From assembly GCA_004431415.1 (NCBI GenBank), contig QPMI01000569.1, positions 124,001 to 188,000 on the forward strand: 64,000 nt of DNA, written 5' to 3'. Position 1 is the stretch's first letter. Each line of letters begins with the position of its first letter. The notes beneath the pieces are model-generated. The model was not told where the DNA came from. It did no database searches and was given only the letters and a program-made list of their open reading frames with translations. Source of the stretch: Cyanophora paradoxa CCMP329 (lineage: Eukaryota > Plantae > Glaucophyta). Made by a program: the position numbers and the translations under genes. This document shows, in pieces, positions 36,701 through 48,729 of the stretch.

Positions 36701-37015
36701 GTACGAGTCTTCCGGCGCCTCCGCCGCAATGAAGAATGCCGGCGCGGGCCCGCGGTGCCCCGCGCGCCCCGCGGCCCCGCGGTGACGGTCGCGCCCCATC
36801 GGCTTGAAGGTCCACGCGACAGCGGCGCGGACGGCACCCGCAGCGCCGCGCCTGCCGCCGGCCAATGCGAGACTACAGCCGCCGGGGCGCCGTGCGGGGC
36901 AGGACGCCGCTGCTGCCGTCGTCGACGGCGCGACCTCTGGCGCTACGTGCGGAGGGGCGGCCCATGCGAAGAAGGGCAGGGCGAAGGCCGCGGCCGCCGG
37001 TCCCTCGGCCGCCAT
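33717..37015 (-). CDS. argA: N-acetylglutamate synthase (two-domain AAK + GNAT, ArgA/plant NAGS type) with about 100-aa putative plastid transit peptide
   Basis: Exons give [107 protein letters not shown]. Terminal exon SANRKKKMNSSNQPQTPW-stop. Confidence 0.92.
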
Positions 37016-37242
37016 TGCTTCTCGCGTTGGTACGCGAAATCAAGTGCAAGTACGACGGTGCACCTGTCGACCTTTCGGTCTGGGATCGCGGCTGCGACGG
37101 GCGGCGGTGCTGTGATGTTCCAGAGTCTATTGGCGGTGTCGGGAGATCGCAAGGCCCGTGGCCGTCTCGCGGTCGAGAAACACGTACCCGGAAACCTGGA
37201 TCCTGGCCTGCCGTTCTTCAAACTTCGGCCGTTCCGGCCGGG

Positions 37243-39775
37243 ATGCAGCAGGACAGCGCGTGGTGGAGCTCTGGGGGCCGTTCGATGGGCTCTCGCGTTC
37301 GAGTCCTCGCAACAGTACACAAGCTCCAGCCTCCCCCCGTCCTCAACATTCCACAACGCGCAGTTTCCTAACAGCTCCCCAACTTACACCTACAATAGCT
37401 ATGACGTTTACCGAACGAGCTCCTTCGACCAGCAGAGTCTAGCGTCGACTGCGGGCGCGTCCGTTCCGCCCTCGTCGGTCCCGCAGCTGCCTCAGCAGCA
37501 GTTCTGGTCCTATCAGTCGCAGCCGCAGTTCTCGGCGCCTTACACGACTCCGCGACCACGTTGTCGCAAGCTTCGCACTCACAGCAGGACTTCGCGGCTT
37601 ACCAGTCCCTCCAGCCGATCGACCACTCTCAGCTAAGCGATGCAGGCGCGAGCGGACAGATCCCAGACTCGTTCGAGGTGCGTGTCGTCAACCCCAAGAT
37701 CTTACTTAGCCTGTTCGATGCGAGCGCCTCGCAGGACGCCCGCAGCGTCGCGGCGTACCGCGGCGAGCGGTTTCAGCCGATGCGCATGCAAGAGCAGACC
37801 TACCAGCCGGCCGGCACGTCTTTCCAGGGGACCTCTGCCACCAGGTTCGAAACCTTGCCCGCAACCGCGCAAGCCGACGGCGGCTCACGCCCCTTGACAG
37901 CGGCAGGACGGCGGCGTCTTCGCTACGAGCAATCGGACATGCAGTATGGGCTCGCGTATCCGCTGCCGTCGTTGGCGTCGGCGCGCGCCGACCCTTACAG
38001 CTCCGCTGACTCCAGCAGGAGGTGCGGGGCCGGCAGTCGCACCGTTCTGCCGCGCGCTCTGACCCTCGCTGTCAGCTCGTTTGCCTTCGGGGGCCGCGGC
38101 GACAGCCCCTCGTTGCTGCAGCACCAGCAAACGCAGCAGCAGCAGCAGCAGCAACAGCAACTTCAGAGGAGCCCTGTGCTGCCCTCCGGTGTCCCGCTGA
38201 CGCACTCGCTCGCGTCGACGGGGATGTCGTCGCATATGATGCATGCACTGCCGCCGCCGTTGCCCTCGCCGCCTCCGCCGCCGCCGCCGCAGCAGCAGCA
38301 GCTTCCGCCGACCTCCTCCGCCTCTTTCGTACCCCTGCCCGCGCCCCTCGCGCAGCAGCAGCGGCAGCAGCCGTTGACACAGGCTAGCATTTCATCCCAG
38401 TCCGCCTCCTTCACTCCTCTCCTCCTTCACGTCGAACCTCCCCCCTCCACACAGAACCTGCCCAGGCCGCCCGCCCTCCGCTTCCTCCGAGCCGCCCGCG
38501 CAGCAGAAGCCTGGCGCCGCCCCAGTGCGGGCCGACACCCAGCAGCAGGGGTACAAGCACGCCGCTCACGCGGGTACGGCTCGGGCGGCGCGGCGCGACG
38601 TGCGAGCGGCCCCCGCCCCCGGACGCCACCGCGCCCGCGCCGACCGCCCTCGCAGGTCGGCCGAGGACCCGGCGGCCGCCGCCCCAAAGTCCGCCGCGAC
38701 CCTCCAGGCGCCTTTCACGCCGCCGCCTCCAAACTCAGGCCTCCCCCGCAAGCTCCAGGGCGCCGTACCCCCTACCTCGTGGGATGCCTTCGCGGCGTAC
38801 CCCATTTCCGAGATCCCCCGGGTACACGTACGCGTCGGCGCCAACGTCCTTCTCCACGTCGGCGGAGCCGCTCCGAGCGGATGCGACGGCGTACCCGCCC
38901 CGCAGACCCAGTTCCAGGCGTACTCCCGCCCGACGGGGGCGCCGGCGCCGCCCCTCCCCGGAGCCTCCCAGGTCAAGGTGGAGGCGGCGCGGGCCGGCGG
39001 GCGCGCCGGTGAGGCGGCGCCGCCGCCGCGGCAGCGGGCCGGCCGCGCGCCCCCGAGGCCCGCGCCGACTTGCACGCGCCGCGCGGCGGCGCTCCCCCGA
39101 GGGCCTCGGCAAGCGGCGCGGGAGGAGCCGGTGGCAGCGGCGGCCCGGAGGCGGAGCCGGCCCTACCCCCCGTACCCCCGACGTCGCACCCTGCGAGCCC
39201 CTCCCTTCGTCCCTTCGCCCCGAACCCGCCCCGCCCCGCCCTCGCCCCGAAGCTGCGCGGCCCGACGGGCCGGGGGCTCCCTCGGGCGCCCGGGATCGGC
39301 CACCGCCGCCCCGCCGCCCCCGGGCAGCCCGGCGGCGCCCCGGGGGCCCGCCGCTGCTGCCGGCACGCAGCTGCCGCCAGGCGCGGGCCCGGCGCGCACC
39401 CCGGCCACCACCAGAGGGGCACCTCGGGAGGGGCGCGGGCGCGGGGCCGCTGGGCCGCCCCCGCCCGGGGGGGCGCAGCCGCTGGCGCCGCCGCTGCCGG
39501 CGCTGGCGCTGAAGGTGCCGTCGCGGCGGCGGCGCCCCGCGGCTGTGCCTGCCGTTCGCGTCGTCCCGCCGCGCCCATGAAGGTGGACCTGCCCTCGCCG
39601 ACCCGAGGAGGCCCGCGCTCGCCACGGGCTCCGACCCGCCCTCGCCCGCGACGACTTCCCCTTCGCGTACGGCCCCTCCGAGGCGGCCCCCGTCGCCTAC
39701 GAGCCGATACCCAAGACCGAGCTCGTCGACAACTCCTGGCGGCCGCCCCCGCCCCCGCGCCCCCTCCACACGTAG
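37243..39775 (+). CDS. Gln/Pro/Ser-rich intrinsically disordered hypothetical protein, copy 1 (apparent frameshifts from indels)
   Basis: MQQDSAWW... with polyQ (CAG run about 38133-38160) and polyP; ends KTELVDNSWRPPPPPRPLHT-stop. No globular domain recognised. Confidence 0.55.
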
Positions 39776-40417
39776 CGCTCGCTGGCTGCCGCCGGCCCGC
39801 GCGCCCGCATCGATCCCGGCGGGCGGCGGGCCGTACGTATGCGACTCGTACTCGTAGCTGCTCTGACCGAATGCGTGCTGTTGTCGGTATATACGTAGCG
39901 AATCGGAAACTCGTGCATGCGACCCTGATTCAATTCGTATATGCATCAGCCTGGCAGCGGCAGGCAGGCAAGCTGAGGCAAGTAGCATGCACACGCGCAA
40001 CGGGGTGCGCCGGTGGTACCATATGCGTGTCCGGCGCCAGTGGCCGCAGTCCGGCGCGCGTGCGGGCGCCTCGCGAACAGCGGGGTAACAGCGGGGTTTA
40101 ATTTGAATCGGGTTGTCAAATTCGCAAAGAAACACATTAGTAAAAACCGAAGAAACGAATCGAAGTTCAAGCGCACTGCGGAAGTGGGGTCCAGGGGCGG
40201 AGGACGGGGCTGGATGGAATTGGGAGCCGGGCGGCCGAGAGCGGGCAAATCTACATACTCTCTGCCTACCGGACACTACATTACAGGGCGTCCGCTGTCA
40301 TCGCAAGAACTGAACTCACTAGGAAACTGACTGGGTGACTGCTCCCTGTCGCGCTCTCCTCTGAAACTGAACGCACTGCGACACTGAAGCGAAAACGAAA
40401 TGGGGCCGGGGGCGGGC

Positions 40418-41631
40418 TCAGGCAGAGGGGGCGGGGGGTGGAGCCCTCGCCGTCGCCGAAGCCGAGGAGCTTCTCGAGGCGCAGGCGCGCGTCGTCGAGC
40501 TCCGCCTGCTGCGCCGCCGCCCGCTCCGACCGCCTGCCCCGCCCGCCCGTCAGCTCCGCCCCGCCGAGCGAACCCGCCGGGCGGGGCGGCGCGCGCACCG
40601 CTTGTCGCCTTCCTCCGGCGCGCGGCCTGTCTTCCACGCGGGGTCGATCGCCGACTCCTCCGGCGGCATAAAGAGGCTGCGCCCCGCGCCGTCAGCGCCG
40701 TCAGAGCGGCGGCGCGGCCGCCGAGGCGCGCGCATGCACCTGCCGGGCGGACGACGCCCATCCTGTGGCCCGACTCCTCGCAGAAGTCGCGGATCTCTTC
40801 GGGGGCGAACGCCTCGACGTTCGGCGTCGGGAAGTCCTGCGGCGCCGCGTGGGCGCGCCGCGGCGGCCGGCGGCGTACGCCGCAACCAACCTGGGCTTCG
40901 AGAAGCGTCGCGTAGCGGAGCGCCTCCTCCTCCGCCTCGAACGCGAGGATGATGTCGTGCTCGCCCATCTGCGCCGCGTCGGCGCCGGCGCGCACGGGCG
41001 CCGCGACGGCATCACCTTGAGGCTGTAGATGCCCTCATTGTCCGTGCCCGAGTGCACCAGCAGCACGAACACCTGGCGGCGGGAAAGGTCGCGATCCCTT
41101 GAGGCACGTGTACGCATGCCGAGAGGGATCGGCGGCGGCGGACCTTGCTCAAACCCAGCAGTGGATCCTCCTCCTCCTCCTCCTTCGGATAGCTGTCCAG
41201 CTCCTCGCCGTTGGCCTCCTTCTCTTGGATCTCCGCGGCCCGCCGGCGAAGAACAGAAAGGTCGATGTCGAAAGACGGGTCGCCTGCGAGATACAATTGC
41301 AGAACTTGAGCGCCACAGATCGGGCAGGCGTCCGTCGGCGGCAGCGCGTGGGGCGCACTGCTGAAGTCTGCCCGATCGTCCTCGGCCCACATCTCCGAGA
41401 CGATAGTGACGCCCATCTTCTTTGGCCAATTCCACCTTTTGCTAGCACTCGCTGGCATCCAGCGGATCGCGAGCGCAGGGCGGAGCCACGCCGGCCGAGT
41501 CAGGCGGGCCTCCCGCCGCCGTGCCGCCGGGGCTGGCGCCGAGGCCGGCAAGGGCTGGCACAGACTCGAGACGGGATGACGGGCGACGGCGCCGTGGCGC
41601 TCGTCGCAGGAAGCGGGCAACAGAACGCCAT
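40418..41631 (-). CDS. DUF3110-family (cyanobacterial/plastid) protein with transit peptide, copy 1
   Basis: VFVLLVHSGTDNEGIYSLK|MGEHDIILAFEAEEEALRYATLLEAQ|DFPTPNVEAFAPEEIRDFCEESG...ELDDARLRLEKLL matches the cyanobacterial DUF3110 pattern. MAFCC start; stop position approximate. Confidence 0.82.
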
Positions 41632-41713
41632 GGCTATTTGTACTGTACCCTCGGCTTCATCCCCCACGGCGCCAGCTGTGATTCAAGCTCCTGTAACTTG
41701 TAAGCAAGCAGCG

Positions 41714-42638
41714 ATGGCGGGACCTGAACAGGGCCAGGCCAGCGGCAGCGCAGCGTTCCCGACGACGAGGAAATGGCCCGCCGTCTGCAAGAGGTTCGTC
41801 GGATACCCTACCGTGCCGGCCGATGCGCTGCCGTCGCTGTCATCGCTGCGCGGCCAACCTTGCACTGCCGGGGCAGCGCGCCTGCACCCAATCGGCCGTG
41901 CTTCGAAAGATGCGCGTGCTCTTGCGATTGTTGGTTGCAGTGGTTGGGCGCATGCGGCCGCTAAGGGTCGTCCTGTGACTCTCTAGCTTTTACTCGCTCC
42001 GCCCACGCCTCCGCTGAACGCGCCGCCCGCTAGCCGTTCGAGCTGCTGACCCGCTGCGCGCGTCAGGAGTACGACCTGGAGCTTGCGCGGGCGATGTCGC
42101 ACGAGCCCGGCATGCAGGTGTGCCAGCAGGGGGGCGGCGCCCTCCGAGCTCCTCGCCAACCGCGCCGTGCGCAGAGCGAGTTTGTGGCGAAGGACGCCGC
42201 GCACAACATGGGCGTGCCGTAGACCCGCAGCGAGACGAGGCGCTGGCCCGGTTCGAATCGGCCCCGCGGCATCCCGGGCCCCGCCCGCCCGCCCGCTTTC
42301 CCGCCGGCCTGACGGGCGGGGCGGGGGCGCAGGGACATGGCGAAGGCGTACGAGGAGATGGCGCGGGCGGAGGCGGAGGACGAGTTCGAGAAGATGACGC
42401 GCAAGGTCAACGAGGAGATGGCGAGGTGACCCCCGGCCTCTTGACCCCCGCACCCCCTGCGCTTTTCCGACGCGCCCCGCTTCCCCTCCGCAGCAAGAAG
42501 ACGCTCAAGCAGATGCAGGCGAGCGCGCCCCGCCCGGGCCCGGCTCGCCGCTCTCCGCCCCGCCGCATCTCGTCGCTGACCGGGTGGGGCGGCGCCCAGA
42601 TAAGAGGAGAGGTCCCGCGGCCGGCCGCGAAGAAGTAG
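41714..42638 (+). CDS. Small acidic helical protein with MIU/UIM-like motifs, copy 1
   Basis: MAGPEQGQ...DDEEMARRLQE|EYDLELARAMSHE...DMAKAYEEMARAEAEDEFEKMTRKVNEEMA|KKTLKQMQ|IRGEVPRPAAKK-stop. Confidence 0.55.
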
Positions 42639-42997
42639 ATTGGCTCTCTCCCGGGCCTTGCGTGTTTCTGGACTTTTTGCCGGCATCCCAAGCGCAAAGC
42701 CTGTGCTGGTCAATGCCGCCGAGGCCAGAGGGAGCGCCTCGGCGCGCCATTCCTGCCGTTCCCGCCCCGCGGCGGGCGTCCCAAGGACAGTTAGCCGCTT
42801 CACTTTCAACTCTGCGGCGGGCACCCGAGCTTTTTCCGCGCCTGTATCCTTTCGAGAGTTCGCGTGTACATTCAAATCCGATATACCTACATACTATCCT
42901 CGCTGCCCGCCCGATTGCACTACAGCTAGAAGAACACTGTCCCTGCCTAGCTAGGCCTGAAAAGCTGTCTGGACTGGCCGGCCGCCGGCGCCGACGC

Positions 42998-44438
42998 CTA
43001 GGCCCGAAGGCGTTGCAGGCGAGGATAGCGTGCCGTATGCCATCTCCTGGTGCAGCGTCCGCCCGCCTCCTGCGCGCGCAGAGGGGTACCCGCGTCGGCC
43101 TCGTGCTGACACGCCGGGTGGGGCCCGCGCACCTCGCCCGCGTAGCCGGCCGCCACGTATAGGGTATGATGTGCTCCGTGCGCGGGTGCGCCAGGCTAAA
43201 GTTCGGGTCCTGCAGGGGGGGTACGTGAGCTCTGCGCCCTGGGGCGAGCTCCAGCGGGGGCAAAGGACCTTGGTGAGGGCGAGGAGGGAGTCTTCCCGCT
43301 GCTTCCCGGTCCTGCGGGGCGGAGCGGGGCGGGCGGGCGGCCTCAGGGCGGAGAAGGCGGGGCGGGCGGGGGGGGGGGGGGGGGGGGGGGGGAGGGAGGG
43401 GGGGAGGGGGGCCCACTGCTCGGTGATGATGTGCCGGATGCGCTCATCGAACTCGGAGGCCCAGGCGACGGGCGGCGCGTGCGGGCCTCCCCCCACATCA
43501 GCTTCCCCAGGTTGTGCGTCGCTGCCGCGCCGGCGCGTGAGCTGGCGAAGGCGGGGGGAGGACAGGAGGGGGGTACCGCCGCCGCTGGTGACGAGGAGGA
43601 CGTCCTTGAGCTCCTTGAGCGGCGCGAGGGCGCGGCCGAGCTCGATGTGGGCCCGCGGTCCAGGTCCCTCCGCAGGGACACCGTCACCACCGGGATCGAC
43701 GCGTCGGGTACACGAGCTTGAGGGGACCCAGTGCCTGCGCGGGCGACCGGTCAGCCGCGCAGTGCGGAGAGAGGTACGGGGAGCGGAGGGCGCTCGCCCG
43801 TGGTCGAGGCCGCGCTGCGAGGGTGTCAGGCTGGGTTCTGGCGGGGCGGGCGGGGGCGCGGCGCACGTTGCCGAGGCGGGTGCGGAGACCGGCCTTCTTG
43901 AGCAGCTCGTACACGTTCTGCGCGAGGGCCGGCTCCCCCACCGCCGGGTACCTGCGCCGCCCGCGCGTCGCTTCGGGGCGCGGCGGAGCAGGCCTAGGTG
44001 CGGGGCCGGGTGCACTTCAGAGTGTACATCTCGCGGGGGAAGCCGCCGAAGTCGTAGATGGTCTCGTAGGGCGCCGTGTTCGAACCGCAGACAACGAAGT
44101 CGCTCTCCTCGTCGTGCGCGGAGACGACGACCAGCGCGCGCGGCTTGGGCCGCAGCTGCGCGCCGAGGCCGCGCAGGAACTTGTGCGCCGGCTCCTCCTT
44201 CTCGATGACGAGCGTCGGGGCGCCTGCCGCACGCGTCAGCCCCCGCGGCGCTCGCCGGCATCTAGCTAGTCGCGCGCACCGTGGCTGATGAAGAGCGCGC
44301 TGGGAAGTCCGGCAAGGACGGACGTCATGCTGGCGCGGCGCTGGCGGTGAAGGGCGACGCGCGGGCCGTGCCGAAGATGCCGGCGCTGAGGCTGGCGAGC
44401 GCGGTCAGGAGGACTCCCGCCCGCTGCAACGCGAGCAT
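42998..44438 (-). CDS. 4,5-DOPA dioxygenase-like (DODA/LigB/YgiD) extradiol ring-cleavage dioxygenase, copy 1
   Basis: LFISHG|APTL, VVVSAH, TIYDFGGFPREMY, RGLDHG, SIPVVTVSL, HIELGRALAPL, SGG|ATHNL, AHPRTEHIIP. N-terminal extension MLALQRAG.... Confidence 0.88.
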
Positions 44439-44571
44439 CTACGTATACCTAGATGACGAGAATGCGCGGCCACCGACGCGTACGAGGCCAAGCTCTCTTG
44501 ACGCGGAGCGGCTGTTAAGCGCAGGACGTGAATGACGCAAGCCCGACTGATGCCCGCGAACGAAGGGTAGC

Positions 44572-44653
44572 ACCAACGCCTGGAGTCGAACCCACGAATC
44601 GAGGGGATCCGGACTGGCAGAAACCCACGCACCATAACGACCACGGCGCTGGC
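44572..44653 (-). ncRNA. Degenerate tRNA-like element (Gly-GCC-like loop, perfect B box), copy 1
   Basis: Minus strand GCCAGCGCC-GTGGTCGTTATGGT...CTGCCAG...GGGTTCGACTCC-AGGCGTTGGT: paired ends, A-box-like motif and B box. D and T stems imperfect. Confidence 0.35.
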
Positions 44654-44664
44654 AGCGCGCGAGC

Positions 44665-47600
44665 ATGCTGATTGCCGGATGCCGGGGTGCGGCGCCGCGC
44701 CCCTGCCTCGCGCCGCGCGACACGCTGACTCCCGCGCGTCCGCGGGCGCAGCTGGCAGAGCTCCCGGGCATGGAGTCGAGGGATCACGCTGAGCGGGTCG
44801 CGCCCCGTCCCAGCGGGGCCGGTGCCCGCCCCCGGGATCGCGCAGGTGTGGCGGAGCGGCATCTCCCGCGCGGCGTCGGCCGCGAGACTTAGCTACGGCG
44901 GGGAGCTGCAGCCGGCATGGCAGCCGCGCTCCTGGGGCGCGCGCGGCGCTCCGGGGCTCTCCGCCACGTCCGCGGCGGCGACGAAGCGCGCGGGAAGGCG
45001 GCGGAGGCGGCGGCGGCGCCCGCGAAGGCGAAGCGCGGGCCGAAGAGGAAGAAGGCGGCGGCCGACTCGTCCTCCCCGCCCGCGTCGCCCCGCCCCGCCG
45101 ATCGCCTCCTCGCCGCCCCCGTCCCGCTTCGAGGCGCGCCCGCCCGCCCCCCGCCCGCTCGCCCGACCAGCCGGCGGCTCACGGGGCGGGCAGGTGGAGG
45201 ACTTCCTGAACACGGAGCTCGGCATGCGGCCGGAGGCGGTGAACACGTTCCTGTCGCGGCACCCCGCCCTGCTCGTCGACGGCGAGATGTTCCGCCTCGT
45301 GAGGCGCGCCCCCGCCCGCCCCGCGCCCCGCGGCCCCCGCCGCGCAGGACCTCGTGACTGGGCCGCAGGCGCACGACGAAGGGCCTCATCGCGTACGGCT
45401 TCAGCCACAGCGACGTCGCCGAGGCGCGCGCGCGCCCTCCGCCCGGTTCTCTGCGGGCGGGGCGAGCGGGGCGGGGCGCAGGTGGCGCAGAAGGAGTTCC
45501 GGCTGCTGGTGCTGCCCGAGGGAGACGCGGTCGCCCGCCTGAACACCGTCCGCGCCCACCTCGCCCTCCGCAAGCCCGCCGCGCGCCCTGCCCCGCCCCG
45601 CCCGCCCGCGCTCCTCGCGCCCTCTGAGGCGGGCGGGCGGGCGGGCGGGCAGGTGGTCCAGGCGGTCGTCGCGAACCCGTCCCACTTCCTCAAGCCCTCC
45701 GCCGTCGACGGCCGCTGGGCCTCCGCCGCCGCCGTCCGTCCCCCGCCCGCCCCGCGCGGTCGGTGGAGCGGGCCGAGGGGCGGGGCGGGCGGGCCAGGTG
45801 CTGCGGGGGGCGCCGGCGCGGCTGGGGAGCCTGGAGATCGCGGAGATCGTGCGGACGACGGGCATCCGCCTCTTCCACATCGGCGGCGAGGCCCTCGCCG
45901 CCCGGTCCGCCCCCAGCCCGCCCCCGCCGCCCCCGCCGAGCCCCGCCCGCCCCCGGCTGGCTAGAGGTCCCCACGGGCGCTTCTAGCACCACTCCCTAGT
46001 ACTAGCACTTTCTTCTCCGCGTTGGGGCGACGCTCCCTGCGCCCCCGCCCGCTCCGCTTCGTCCGACGGCGGCGCTCGCAGGCTGGAGGTGCTGACGGGC
46101 TACTTCACACTCGACCGCCCCACCCTCCTCCGCCTCTTCACCACCTACACCAGTGCGCAGCGCGCCCGCCCCGGGCGGCCCGGCGCGGCGCGGGCTGAGC
46201 GGGGGCGGGCAGTCCTGGTGCTCAACTCGCCGCCGGTGATCGACTCGTGGGCGCGGGCCATGTGGCGCATCTACGGCGACGGCTCCGAGCTCACCGCCCG
46301 CTCCCGAGGCCCGCCCGCCCCCGCCGCCTCGCCCTCCGCCCCCGCCGCTGACCGCACCCCAGGGAAGGCTCCGCCCCCCTACCCACCTCCGTCTACCTCC
46401 TCGCCCGCGGCCCAAGAGGCGCGTCCCAAGGGCCCCTCCCCCTCCCCCTTTGTGTACCCCGGGCTCAAATCCGGTACCCAGCCCGGAGACGGTGGACGCG
46501 GCGCGGCGCGTCCTCGAGGAGGAGCTGAGCATGAGCCCCGAGGAGGCGCGTACTCCCCCGTCCTCCGCCGTCCCGCCCCGGTCCGACTCGCGTACCCCCG
46601 CAGTCCCTGAAGACGCTGCGCCGATTCCCCTCCATTGCGAACCACGTGCGCCGTACCCCTCCTGGCCCCGCCCCCGTCCCCCCGGGATTGAGCCGGCCGC
46701 GAAGGCGCCCGCTCTGCCGGGGCGGATCGAGGCGCTCTGCCGCGGTTTCGCCGCAGCGAACGTCTCCCGCGAAGACCTTCGCCGCCTCGTCATCGTCCGC
46801 CCTACCTACGCCCCGCTTCTCTCTCTCCCCCCTCCTTAAATCGTCGGCCCCGCAGCTGAACCCCCGCATCGCTTTGTACGACTTTGAGGAGCACATCCGA
46901 CCGAAGGCGCGCGCCCGGTGCCGCGGCGCCGCCCGGGGCGAGCTGAGGCCGGCGCCCGCGCAGCTGGAGCTCCTCGTCGCGCGGCTGCGGATCGAGCCCT
47001 CCAAAGTCGGCATGGTCCGCCCCGGGCGCCGGGCCGCGCCCCTGGCCCGGCCCGAATTCACCGCACCCCCAGATGGTCCTTCGCGCGAACTCGTTCATAT
47101 CCGCTTCGCTGGAGAACAAGATCCTCCCCAACCTCCGGTGCCTTCTTACCCCCCGGCGGCTTCCCCCCCCCTGACGAGGCGGGCGCGGCAGGCGATGACG
47201 GAGGTCGGGCTCTCGGTGGGCTCCCCCCCCCCCCCTCCCCCCTCCCCCCCGCCCCCTTCGCCCCGGGCCGGGGGCTGAAGCGGGCGGGCCAGGAGGAGGA
47301 GATCGCGCACGTGCTGCGGGCGTGCCCGCGCCAGATCGCCGCCGACTTTGCCCACCGCTTCGAGTTCCTCAAGGCTCGCACCCCTACCCCCACTCCCCCC
47401 CCCTTCCCTCCTGCCCGCCCGCCCGCCCGCCTGGCGCCGCGACCGGCGCCGAGCTCGGACCCGCACGCGGCAGACGGCGATCGAGGGGATGTTGGGGTAC
47501 CCCGTCGGGTCCGCCGCCGCCGCCATCCGCCGCTCCCCAGCCCTCCTCGGCTGCGCCCGTACGGTCTGCCCTGTACCCTGTACCCCCCGTACCTGTATCC

Positions 47601-48445
47601 CCCTCCCCGCGGCCGACGGCCGGGCCCCGCAGACCGTCACGCACGTTGAGGCCCTCCTCCAGTACGGCATGAGCTCCGAGCAGGTGCCCCCCTCGCCCGC
47701 CAAGCCGCGCCCTCCCCCCCCCCTCTTCCGTAGGCCCGTTCTGAGCTGCGCGCCCGTACCCCAGGTCAAGAAGATTTTCAACAAGGTACCCGGGATCCTG
47801 GCCCTCTCCGCCGAGCGGACCATCGTGCGCCGTACACCCCCCATCGAATCCACGTACCCCCTTGCGACCGGTACCCCCTCCCCGCGCAGATTCCGAAGCT
47901 GGAGCTCATCCGCCAGTACGGGTACACCCTCGACGAGATCGTCGACGGGGGCGGCGAGGTCCGCGCCGCGTGTACCCCCTTCCCGCCCCTTGGGCCGAAC
48001 GCGGGGGGGCGGCAGTGCCTTGTGTACCCGCTGGAGGGGAAGATCCGGCCGCGGCTGGAGCGGGCGCGGGGGTCGGGGATCCTGCTGCCGGCGCCGGCGC
48101 CGCGGCCGGCGCTGCGGCACCTGCTGCGCAGCCAGGAGAGCTCCTTCTCGGGGTGGATCCAGGAGCTCCAGGCCACCGACACCCAGCAGGCCCGCCCCGC
48201 CCCGCCCCGCCCCGCCCCGCCCCGCCTGACGCGCCGGGGCCGCGCAGGTCAAGGAGCGGCTGGTGGAGTGGCTGCAGGAGCTCCCCGAGTTCGCCCGCCA
48301 CGTCGCCGCCGTCCAGGCCGCCCGCAGGGGGCGCCGCGGGCGCCTGCCCCGCCCGCCCCCGCAGCCCCCCGCCCCGCAGCCGCAGCCGGCCGCACCCCCG
48401 CCCGACCCCGCCCCGGACTGCAGCCCCGGCCCCGGGCCTGCGTAG
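44665..48445 (+). CDS. mTERF-repeat organellar nucleic-acid-binding protein, copy 1 (multi-exon)
   Basis: Repeats such as LNPRIALYDFEEHIRPK|LELL, SASLENKILPNLR, VKKIFNKVPGILALSAERTI|IPKLELIRQYG and YPLEGKIRPRL. Start uncertain. Confidence 0.78.
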
Positions 48446-48729
48446 CGCTAGCTGCACTGTGTTCATGATCGTGACGTGCGGCCCGCGCCTCTTCAATTAG
48501 TTTCCAGTTTTTCCAAGCCAGTCCAATCTATTAGTTATCGAGCAAGCCAACAACAACGGCGATTAATCATGATATCGAAATTGATAACCATTCCAGAAAA
48601 ATGAGTTCCAGATTAAATTAGCGCGAATTCGAACTGCAATTTTGAATTCTGTCACATCAAACCATTTGCAACGGCCCTAAGGGCCTTCCTTCCCCCAAGG
48701 CTGAAAATTGGGAAGAAGCCCTTGTCAAT

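Noticed and set aside
37243-48445. Pseudogenisation of copy-1 genes by frameshifts
   Set aside because: The indels are homopolymer-type and occur in both copies, so sequencing or polishing error is more likely.
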